Assembly (NCBI GenBank): GCA_045657265.1
Contig: JAZOSU010000035.1
Coordinates: forward strand, 44-64,043
Reading direction: 5' to 3'
DNA length: 64,000 nt
Source of the DNA: Eubacteriales bacterium
GTDB lineage: Bacteria > Bacillota > Clostridia > Oscillospirales > QAKW01
The notes under the pieces were generated by a model. That model ran no database searches. It was not told where the DNA came from and saw only the letters and a list, made by a program, of their open reading frames with translations. The stretch's first letter is position 1, and each line of letters begins with the position of its first letter. This document shows, piece after piece, positions 43,626-52,100 of this stretch. Made by a program: the position numbers and the translations under genes.

Positions 43626-44204
43626 TTATTCTGAAAGCTCATCAAGAGTTTTGGAATACAAAGGAAGTATATTGTTCATAAAATACTTTACCGAGGAAAG
43701 AGGACTGCTCTCCAGATTTTTTTGAACAGTTTTTTCCGCGCTTTCAAAATCGCGGTTGCCGATCCCAATCTCCTCCTGACACTTTATAAGCGCAGAAAGT
43801 TTATCGGCAGCTTTGATTATATCGTAATCTTCTGTATCTTCATAATCAAGATACTCTTCATATATATCATACAAACAAGGCTCGGTGCCTGCAAGAAGTG
43901 TTTTTTTTGCGGCATCTTCCACCTGTGAATAAGCCCCTGTTATTTCCGAATGTTTATATTTTACAGGTGTGGGAAGATCTCCCGTTATTATCTCGGCGCA
44001 GTCATGGAAAAGAGCCCTTGTAGTTATACGCTCCACATCATAGTTTCCGCCGAACATCTGATTTTCAATATTTGCAAGTGCATTTGCTATATACGCTGTT
44101 TCAAAGCTATGCTCAGAGAGATTTTCGTATCTCGAGTTATGCATAAGCCCCCAACGGTTTATATATTTCATTCTCGAAAGAAATGCAAAAAAGGAGTTTT
44201 TCAT
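43626..44204 (-). CDS. yfbR: HD-domain 5'-deoxynucleotidase (YfbR-like)
   Basis: 'MKYINRWGLM....ENLSEHSFETAYIA' and 'ALFHDCAEIITGDLPTPVKY' are the YfbR HD motif contexts. Confidence 0.8.
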   Translation of the reverse strand: MKNSFFAFLSRMKYINRWGLMHNSRYENLSEHSFETAYIANALANIENQMFGGNYDVERITTRALFHDCAEIITGDLPTPVKYKHSEITGAYSQVEDAAKKTLLAGTEPCLYDIYEEYLDYEDTEDYDIIKAADKLSALIKCQEEIGIGNRDFESAEKTVQKNLESSPLSSVKYFMNNILPLYSKTLDELSE

Positions 44205-44512
44205 TTATTTTCTATTCCTTTTGTGTAGTAAGCAACGTATGACTCACCGTCATACACAAGGTTAATTCCCGAAAGATTCATAAGCTCATACGCTTTTATC
44301 ATATTTATGGGTGCGCGGAAAACTATATCGTTGTCACAGCTTATAACAAGCTCGTTTTCAACAATGTTAAGAACACCGTCTTTTGCTATAACAGTTTCAT
44401 TATTTGTGGCTCTGTCCCTGCGTGTCATATACTGTATCGTTCTGCCGTGACGGGCTCTGATAAGTATCTCCGATTCGCTCAAAGCCTGTTTTTTTCTTTT
44501 TCCGAATAACAT
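44201..44512 (-). CDS. Hypothetical protein (103 aa from MLFGKRKK)
   Basis: ORF lies in operon position between ogg and yfbR and overlaps yfbR by 4 nt. No recognisable motif. Confidence 0.5.
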   Translation of the reverse strand: MLFGKRKKQALSESEILIRARHGRTIQYMTRRDRATNNETVIAKDGVLNIVENELVISCDNDIVFRAPINMIKAYELMNLSGINLVYDGESYVAYYTKGIENK

Positions 44513-44519
44513 ATTGATT

Positions 44520-45371
44520 TTAACCTTTTTGCGTGATATCATTTAGGCGGGCATAGTAGAAAAGATACTGTTGGGCGATACCGCCGTATCCGTAAAAATC
44601 TATTCCCTCATCAGTCTGCGCAGAGTAAAGAATACCAAGTATTCTTTTTATCCATACGTCTTTGGGGAAACTTTCAATAAACCCGAATCCGTAAAGCAAA
44701 GCACAGTCGGCAACCTTTCTGCCGATGCCTTTGACGCTCATAAGCATCTTAGCGGCAGTTTCATAATCGCTTTTTGCAACTTTGTCAAGCTCAAGCTCAC
44801 CCGATGCAACTTTTTTTGCACAGTCAAGTATATATTTGTCTCTGTATCCTGCGCGGATAACCGCAAGGTCCGAAAGTTCAAGATCTGCAAGTTTTTTGGC
44901 AGACGGAAAACCGTAGTATACTTTATCTTCAAAAGTATATCTCGGTCCGAAATTTTCACACAGAGACGCAATTATTTTTTTAATACGCGGAATGTTGTTT
45001 GAAGCCGAGATTATAAAAGAAATCAGTGTTTCAAAGGGCTCTTGTTTCAATATACGTATCCCTGTGGAAAAAGGAACAATATTGCAAAGCACACTGTCTT
45101 TCAAAAAGACGTCGTCTATTTGTCTGTAATCTCTGCCAAGGTCAAAGAAATCATAAAACAAGTTTTCAAATTCTTCTTTGGAAATACCCGATATACTTAT
45201 TTCATTGCCGTTTTGACAAACACTCAGCAGTTTATCAAAAGCAACTCCCGAATAACTTCCGTCAGGCATTTTATCAAAGCGGAAACATTGACCGCACTCA
45301 AAAGTCTTTTGAATATCAAACCCATAAATGTCTGAAATTACTATATTTTTTGGTGTATATACTACTATCAT
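44520..45371 (-). CDS. ogg: 8-oxoguanine DNA glycosylase / HhH-GPD superfamily base-excision repair enzyme
   Basis: OGG-N-like 'FDIQKTFECGQCFRF' and the HhH-GPD region 'LMSVKGIGRKVADCALLYGFG...FPKDVWIKR'. Start chosen at the second ATG (MIVVYTPK); the track start is 45389. Confidence 0.8.
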   Translation of the reverse strand: MIVVYTPKNIVISDIYGFDIQKTFECGQCFRFDKMPDGSYSGVAFDKLLSVCQNGNEISISGISKEEFENLFYDFFDLGRDYRQIDDVFLKDSVLCNIVPFSTGIRILKQEPFETLISFIISASNNIPRIKKIIASLCENFGPRYTFEDKVYYGFPSAKKLADLELSDLAVIRAGYRDKYILDCAKKVASGELELDKVAKSDYETAAKMLMSVKGIGRKVADCALLYGFGFIESFPKDVWIKRILGILYSAQTDEGIDFYGYGGIAQQYLFYYARLNDITQKG

Positions 45372-45406
45372 TATATAATTATAACACATAAAAAGGAAAA
45401 TTTAAA

Positions 45407-46090
45407 GTGGAAAATCAAAAAATTTATACTATCCGAATTACAGAAGCGTTAAACGAGAAATGCGGCTGTCCTCTTTGCACAGTTGCGGAAAAAACCAAAA
45501 GAGACGAAATTGAGCGTATTTTAGGCGCGGCTATGATGGAACCCGACGTTCGTATCAAAACAAACGAACAGGGTTTTTGCAACAGCCATCTTGAAGATTT
45601 GCTTAAAGAATCAAACAGACTGTCTCTTGCTCTTATGATGCAGACACATATTACTGAGTTTGCAAAAAAACTGTATGCAAACGCTCTTTTGCAAAACACA
45701 CCCGACCCCAAACGTCAGGTGTCACTTCTTACGCAGAAAAAAGACAGTTGTTATCTTTGTTCAAGAATAGACACCTTTATGGCGGCAACAATATCAACGT
45801 TTTTGCATATGTACAAAACAGACGAACAGATGGATGCCAAAATAAAACAGCAGCCTTATATCTGTATGGGACATACAAGACAGCTTTTTGCTCTTGCACA
45901 AAAAGCGCTTCCTAAAGATTTATATAAAAAGTTCTGCAAAACTGTAAACGAACTTAACCTTGCTTATACCGAAGAACTTATAGGTGACATTGACTGGTTC
46001 TGTAAAAAATTTGATTACAGATACCGCGATGAAGACTGGAAAAATTCAAAAGACTCAGTTGAACGCGCAGTTAAGTTTATGAAAGAGTGA
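45407..46090 (+). CDS. Cysteine-rich hypothetical protein (227 aa), putative zinc-binding
   Basis: GTG start after AAAAGGA. Paired motifs 'CGCPLC' ... 'CNSH' and 'CYLC' ... 'CMGH'. No family recognised with confidence. Confidence 0.6.
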   Translation: MENQKIYTIRITEALNEKCGCPLCTVAEKTKRDEIERILGAAMMEPDVRIKTNEQGFCNSHLEDLLKESNRLSLALMMQTHITEFAKKLYANALLQNTPDPKRQVSLLTQKKDSCYLCSRIDTFMAATISTFLHMYKTDEQMDAKIKQQPYICMGHTRQLFALAQKALPKDLYKKFCKTVNELNLAYTEELIGDIDWFCKKFDYRYRDEDWKNSKDSVERAVKFMKE

Positions 46091-46157
46091 TAAAGCTATG
46101 ATTAAAGCGTCACTTTTTGGCAATGTTTACAAAAAGTAATATTTAATACAAATTATA

Positions 46158-46192
46158 CAAAAAGGAGATACTTTGAAAGTATCTCCTTTTTA
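46158..46192. terminator. Bidirectional terminator between convergent genes
   Basis: AAAGGAGATACTTT (46161-74)/AAAGTATCTCCTTT (46176-89), flanked by an A-run and a T-run. Confidence 0.6.
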
Positions 46193-48010
46193 TTTGTTTC
46201 TCATTGAATTAAGTATAGCAATTACTGCAACGCCTACGTCTGCAAAAACCGCCGCCCACATTCCCAAGACTCCAAACGTCCCAAGAACAATAGCTGCAAA
46301 TTTTACCGCCAAAACGAAATAGATGTTCTGATAGACAATACCTACTGTTTTTTTGCATTTTTCAATAGCTACTGCGATTTTTTCAGGGTCGTCGTCCATA
46401 AGCACAATATCTGCAGCCTCAACTGCGGCATCACTACCCATAGCGCCCATTGCAATACCGACATCTGCTCTTGCAAGAGCAGGAGCATCGTTAATTCCGT
46501 CGCCCACAAAAGCAACCTTGCCCTTTGCGTTTTCAATTATTGATTCGGTTATATCAAGTTTATCTTTAGGAAGAAGCTCGGCATAAACAGTTTTTATATC
46601 GGTCTTCTTTGCTACCTCACGGGCAGTTTTTTCACTGTCACCGCTGAGCATTACAGCTTCTGTTATTCCCATACTGTAAAGCTTGTTTACAGCTTTTTTA
46701 GCCGACTGTTTAACTGTGTCGGTAAATTCAATATACCCCAGATATTCTCCGTTTTTGGAAACGTGCATACAGGTTTTATCACAAAGCTGATACATAGCGC
46801 CAACGTACTCCATAAGCTTCACGTTACCTACCGCAACTGTATCGTTTCCAAACTTTGCTATAACGCCCATTCCTGCAAGTTCTTTTGTTTGGGTTGGAAT
46901 ATCTTTTTCTTTGCAGATTTCTTTTACTGCTTTAGAAAGAGGATGGTCAGAGTAATATTCAGCCGATGCGGCATATTTTATAAGCTCGTTTTCGGTTACG
47001 TTTACTGCCGATGCCGAGCTTACTTTGTTTTTACCTTCCGTAAGCGTACCTGTTTTGTCAAAAATTACAGTTTTGCACCTCGCAAGTGATTCGATAAAAC
47101 TGCCGCCTTTTACGAGTATTCCTTTTCTTGACATCGCTCCTATTCCTGCAAAAAACGAAAGAGGTACTGAAATTACAAGGGCGCAGGGGCAGGATATAAC
47201 AAGCAAAGTCATTGCTCTATAAAGCCATATTTTCCAGATTTCAAAATCCGATACCGATATAAACACAGGCGGTAATACTGCCAACAGAAACGCAAGTATT
47301 ACAACCGCCGGAGTGTAAACCGACGCAAAACGGGTAATGAATTTTTCGCTTTTCGCCTTGTTTATTGTGGCATTTTCGGTCAGTTCGAGTATTTTTGAAA
47401 CAGTTGACTCGCTGTATTCTTTTGTGACTTTAATTTTAATGGTTCCCGAAAGATTTACGCATCCGGAAATTACCGTGTCACCCTCGTTTAAATCTCTCGG
47501 CAGACTTTCGCCTGTGATAGCGGCTGTGTTAACCGATGTTGCCCCTTCGGTTATAATACCGTCAAGCGGTATTTTTTCACCGGCTTTGGCAACTATTATA
47601 TCTCCTGCCTTTATCTCGTAAGGGTCAACCGCTTCAAGTTCGCCGTTTTTTTCTATGTTTGCATAATCAGGACAAATTTCCATAAGCTTTGCAATGGATT
47701 TTCTGCTTTTACCAACTGCGATAGACTGAAAAAGCTCTCCTGTCTGATAGAAAATCATTACAAATACAGCTTCGTGATATTCACCCGTAACAACTGCGCT
47801 TATCGTAGCAAGTGCCATCAGAAAATTCTCGTCAAAGGCTTTGCCTCTCACGGTGTTACGGATAGCTTTCCACAATACGTCATACCCTGCAATAATATAA
47901 GCGCTCAGAAGCAGTATTATACCGATATATCCCCTGCAAATCAGACTGATTAAAAAAACAAGAGCGGATATGATAATTCTGTATAATATTTTCTTTTGTT
48001 TTTTGTTCAT
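46190..48010 (-). CDS. cadA: Heavy-metal (Cd/Zn/Pb-type, P1B) translocating P-type ATPase lacking a fused N-terminal metal-binding domain
   Basis: 606 aa with 'TGES', the transmembrane 'SCPCALVISVP' (CPC), 'FDKTGTLT' and 'VGDGINDAPALA'. Confidence 0.92.
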   Translation of the reverse strand: MNKKQKKILYRIIISALVFLISLICRGYIGIILLLSAYIIAGYDVLWKAIRNTVRGKAFDENFLMALATISAVVTGEYHEAVFVMIFYQTGELFQSIAVGKSRKSIAKLMEICPDYANIEKNGELEAVDPYEIKAGDIIVAKAGEKIPLDGIITEGATSVNTAAITGESLPRDLNEGDTVISGCVNLSGTIKIKVTKEYSESTVSKILELTENATINKAKSEKFITRFASVYTPAVVILAFLLAVLPPVFISVSDFEIWKIWLYRAMTLLVISCPCALVISVPLSFFAGIGAMSRKGILVKGGSFIESLARCKTVIFDKTGTLTEGKNKVSSASAVNVTENELIKYAASAEYYSDHPLSKAVKEICKEKDIPTQTKELAGMGVIAKFGNDTVAVGNVKLMEYVGAMYQLCDKTCMHVSKNGEYLGYIEFTDTVKQSAKKAVNKLYSMGITEAVMLSGDSEKTAREVAKKTDIKTVYAELLPKDKLDITESIIENAKGKVAFVGDGINDAPALARADVGIAMGAMGSDAAVEAADIVLMDDDPEKIAVAIEKCKKTVGIVYQNIYFVLAVKFAAIVLGTFGVLGMWAAVFADVGVAVIAILNSMRNK

Positions 48011-48225
48011 TATTTTATTTTGCAGTCAGGCTCTATTTTTTTGCACACTTTAAGTACGTCCTGCATAACTGCATCAAATTTATCGTCGTCAATGTCTATT
48101 ATAAGCTTCTGCGCAAAGAAATTTACGGTAGCTGTATTAACACCCTCAACTTTTTTAATTGCATTTTCAAGCTTTGCGGCGCAGTTTGCGCAGTCGATTT
48201 CGTCTAATACGTAAGTTTTTCTCAT
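48010..48225 (-). CDS. Stand-alone heavy-metal-associated (HMA) domain protein (71 aa)
   Basis: 'YVLDEIDCANCAAKLENAIKKVEGV..A.VNF' is the ferredoxin-like HMA pattern with a CxxC pair (C-A-N-C). The ATG at 48225 follows AGGAGA. Its stop overlaps the ATPase start. Confidence 0.8.
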   Translation of the reverse strand: MRKTYVLDEIDCANCAAKLENAIKKVEGVNTATVNFFAQKLIIDIDDDKFDAVMQDVLKVCKKIEPDCKIK

Positions 48226-48238
48226 ATTTTTTCTCCTC

Positions 48239-48586
48239 TTATTCTCCAAGATGTTCCATTCCCTGAGCAAGTATACTGCAAACGTGATTATCCGCAAGAG
48301 AATAAAACATCGTTTTTCCGTCTCTTCTGAATCTTACAAGATTTGCGCTTTTAAGTACCCTGAGCTGATGCGATACCGCAGAAACAGTCATTTCAAGTGC
48401 TTCCGCAATTCCGCAAACGCACATTTCACGGCTTTCAAGAAGCAAATACAGTATTCTGATTCTGGTGGAGTCGCCAAAAACCTTAAAAAGCTCTGCAAGA
48501 TCGTAAAGACTGTCAATGTCAGGCATCTGCCCAACCACTTTTTTAATAAAATTGCCATGCTCGTGAGTATGCTTTTCAATCTCCAT
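48239..48586 (-). CDS. ArsR/SmtB-family metal-sensing repressor (CadC/CzrA-like)
   Basis: 'LFKVFGDSTRIRILYLLLE.EMCVCGIAEAL.MTVSAVSHQLRVLK.ANLV...R.GK...YSL'. His-rich N-terminus 'EKHTHEHG'. The start chosen at 48586 lies downstream of the operator. Confidence 0.88.
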   Translation of the reverse strand: MEIEKHTHEHGNFIKKVVGQMPDIDSLYDLAELFKVFGDSTRIRILYLLLESREMCVCGIAEALEMTVSAVSHQLRVLKSANLVRFRRDGKTMFYSLADNHVCSILAQGMEHLGE

Positions 48587-48616
48587 ATTTTCCCCTGCCA
48601 AACACATTTGAAACTT

Positions 48617-48667
48617 ATTTGAACAGTTGTTCAAATGTTATTATATCACTAATGGCGTATAAGTCAA
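48617..48667 (-). promoter_or_regulatory. Promoter plus 12-2-12-type ArsR/SmtB operator of the metal operon
   Basis: Inverted repeat ATTTGAACA-GT-TGTTCAAAT (48617-48636) lies immediately downstream of a minus-strand TATAAT (48645-40). TTGACT (48667-62) sits 16 nt upstream of that. Confidence 0.6.
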
Positions 48668-48711
48668 TTACATTTGCAAAAAATATTATAAATGTAGAAA
48701 GGAAAAAGATT

Positions 48712-48912
48712 ATGGGTAAAAAAAGAATAAACACCGAAACTCCTCAGTCGGTACAAGGTCAGCCGAATAACAGTTTTGAGCTTATAAACAAGTACGGCAC
48801 TTATAATATTCAGCCGACAAACGATTCAGACAACGAATATCCCGCTATAGCGCAGGGGATATCGGAAATTTCAAAAAAAGAGCGAAGACGTGACGAAACT
48901 ACAAGTCCGTAA
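48712..48912 (+). CDS. Hypothetical small protein (66 aa)
   Basis: The ATG at 48712 follows AAAGGAAAAAG. Sequence is MGKKRINTETPQSVQGQPNNSFELINKYGTYNIQPTNDSDNEYPAIAQG..., hydrophilic with no recognised family. Confidence 0.4.
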   Translation: MGKKRINTETPQSVQGQPNNSFELINKYGTYNIQPTNDSDNEYPAIAQGISEISKKERRRDETTSP

Positions 48913-49028
48913 TTTATAGCATTGGCTTTATATCGAGTTGCGTCAATTCGCCTCCATCTGATCAGGGAGGTGGGTTTTTGCCTTTGGCAAAAAGACGGAG
49001 GGAGAGAAAGAAAACTGATACCGAACTA

Positions 49029-49081
49029 CCCCTCAGTCAAAACCTTTGGTTTTGACAGCTCCCCAGACAAGTGGAGCCAAG
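49029..49081 (+). repeat. Copy of the REP-like element CCCCTCAGTC-N15-GACAGCTCCCC-N8-GGAGCCAAG
   Basis: Same ordered blocks as at 57948-58002. Reverse-complement cores occur at 57474-57506 and 58074-58106. Confidence 0.6.
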
Positions 49082-49123
49082 CAATTTTTTTGCGATTAAG
49101 GATTGAAAAAAATAAAAGAAAAA

Positions 49124-49158
49124 TAAAAAAACGGGACCATCCGAGTGGATGGTGCCGT
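49124..49158 (-). terminator. Rho-independent terminator of paralogue D
   Basis: On the minus strand: ACGGCACCATCC, loop ACTC, GGATGGTCCCGT, then TTTTTTT (the plus-strand A-run at 49124-49130). Confidence 0.6.
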
Positions 49159-49183
49159 GTGGGAAATTATCAGATTATTCTGA

Positions 49184-52100
49184 TTATAAGCTTTCGCTGT
49201 AAGCACGAGCTGATCTACCGTAGTTCATGAGAGCTTTAGCAATGTTCTGGAGATTTTCGTTGCCGAGTGTGATAGCTTTATTAGCGTAAGATTCAACACT
49301 GTATGCAACTGTATCACTTACATATGTATCGCCGTTCATGAGTGTGAAGTAGAATACGTCGTCTACCTGTGATACGTTGAAGTCATCGAAGTAGATCTGG
49401 AATTTGCCGTCTCTGTATACGAAGCAGTCTGTAAGAACTTCTTCGTAGCCGTAATCGTCATAAACTTCGAGGCTGAGGTCAGAGAGAGTAGCAGCATCTT
49501 TATCTGTGATATCGAAACCAAGTTTTATATCGATAGCTTCGTCAAGGTAAAGACCTATTGATTTCCATTCTGTCTGTTTATCAGCTTCATCAACGTACAT
49601 AAATTCTTTGTTGAGGTTATCTTCTGTTTCAACGTCTGCGATAACTTTTTCAGCATCTGTAAGACCTGCGTTAGCAAGGTTTTCAACGTTGTAACCTCTG
49701 TACTGCTGAGCAGCAGCGCCATAGTTGAGTGTATCAACTACGAGTTTTGTAAGAGTTTCATTATCTGTGATAGTTTCTTTGATCTGATAGAGGTAATCAG
49801 CCATTGAAGTTTCGTATGTTGCGATAGATGTATCTGCTACTTCGTCAACAGTTGCGTAGATAGTAGCTTTAATAACATCTTTCATACGGTGAGGAGCAAG
49901 ACCGTCGAAGCTGTATACGATGTAATCACCGTCTACAGTACCTTCTGTTACTTTATATGTCTTACCGCAAACTTCAAATACAGCATATACGTCTTTGTAC
50001 AATTCAGTACCAAGAGTCTTGAAGTTCATTGAAATGTCGTTGTAAAGTGTAGCTGAAACTTTTTCAATTTCAGGTGTCGGCATTTCGCCAACTACGAATT
50101 TAATTGTACGTGTCTGAACGTCGCTTTCGCCGTCAGCTGCCATTACTTTGAGGTAGATAGCTGCTGTATCAAGAGCAATAGCTGTTACGTCTTCGATAGC
50201 CTGAGTCATCTCAGCATCAGCGTAGAATTCTACAACGTTGTATTTGTTAACAAGATATTTGTTAAGGTCGATTTCTGTTTCTGTGTACTTAACTTCTACG
50301 TTAGCAACAGCGCCGTCTTCGTCGAATGCTTCGCCGTTTACTGTCATAGCGTGAACAACATTACCTGCCATTGTATCTTCGATGTCAACACGGAAGTTTG
50401 CATCTTTGATAACTGTTTCGCCTGAGATGAAGGTAAGAACTTTACCACCCATATCAACGAGTGCAGTCATATTGTTGTCAAGTGATGAAGCGCTATCAAG
50501 AGCGCGGTCTGTAACGTGAATGTTTTCAAAACCGATAAGTACGTTATCTTCTACAGTAATCTTAAGAGGTGTAGCTGAAGTTGCATCTTCTTCAAATACT
50601 TCGTCTTCTCTTACGAAACCATCTTCATCAAGATCGTCGTAATCTGCGTGAGGTACAACTTTGATAAGTTCAGAGTTGATATCGTTAACGATTGTGTTGT
50701 TAACGAGTGATACGTCTGTGTACTGTCCGTCAATTTCAATAAATGCATCCTGACCGAACCAAACGTTTCTCATAATGTTGTTTTCAAGCACGATAGCGTG
50801 TTTTGAAGCTGTTGTATCAGTTTCACCTGAAATTACAGCAAATGTCATTGCCTGTTTGAAGTTTGCAAGGTTAGAATTCTTAATAGTAATTGTACTGTTA
50901 AGAAGGTGCATATGAGTTGCAGGTTTTTCATCAAATGTAACGCCTGCTTCTACGTTTTTATCAGTGTCGTTTGTATCGTCATCCCAGTCACTGTCGTCAA
51001 GACCTTTACCGTCAAGGAAGATACCGTCGAGTGTAAGGTTTGCTGCTGTGTCTGATGGATAAACAAGCGCACGTTTCTGGTCATTAGCTTCAACGTAAGA
51101 ATTCTTAACGTAGAGTGAACCGACAGCTTCTCCGCCTGTTGTTCTTGCATAGTCACTGTGTGAATGGAACGGATATTCCTCTGTTTTGTGGTTTGTAGGA
51201 TCAGCGGCATAACCGTTTTCAATGTACATGTCTACAGCACCGAGGGCATCGCCTTTGCCACAGCTATTCTGGAATGCACCGGTTACTGCAAAACCGTAAA
51301 GCTCGATTGTACCGTAAGCCATATTTGGAGTAGGTTTAATCCATCTTGCAACGATGCCGTTAGCGAGTTCGTATGCAGGATTAACTGACCATGTGCCGTC
51401 TTGTGCAACAACGTAAGGAACGATGTTGTAGTTTTCTGTGTAGTAAGCGCCGTGGTATTTAATCTGCCATTCGCGTATACCTTTTGTTCCGTAATCATTT
51501 ATATCAGGTTCGCCTGTTGCATCAGAACTGATTGTCTTAAGAAGTATGTGCGGGAATTCTACGTTTGCAGTAGCAAGATATGTGTTAAGTTCTGCAATTG
51601 TTGCGAATACGTTAATACCTTTAAGGAAGTCGTATTCAACACCCTGCCATGTTGTTGTATAAAGTGAACCGTAACCGGCACCATTTGAACCAAAGTCAAC
51701 GAGGAATGCTTTAGAAGCATCTATCTTAGTTTTGATAGCATCTGTAGCAGGTGCTTCGTATACGTCAACAAACATATTGTCTGTTTCAACGATAATTACT
51801 ACGTCGTATACGTTGTAAACTTCAAAGCCTTCGCTGTTTGTAGCAGAAAGTTTAAGGTAAACTGTACCTGAAACTGCATTTATGTCTTCAACTTCTTCTG
51901 TAAGAGCTTTGTCAACGTACCATGTAGTTGTTACGTCTTTATCTGTATTGTAAACAATGTTTGATTCATCAAACTTAGGTGCTGTATAAACTGCAGTAAA
52001 TTTGTTGCCAACTACTGAAAGTTCAGCGCCTGACCATTCTTTAATGGTAAGGTCTGATGCAAGGATTTCTTTAGCAGGATCAAGGTAGTAGTCACCGCCA

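Noticed and set aside
48922-49230. A 102-aa plus-strand ORF ('...PNYPSVKTFGFDSSPDKWSQ...').
   Set aside because: It is a translation of the REP-like element, an A-rich tract and the terminator of paralogue D. There is no RBS and it overlaps the 3' end of the giant gene.
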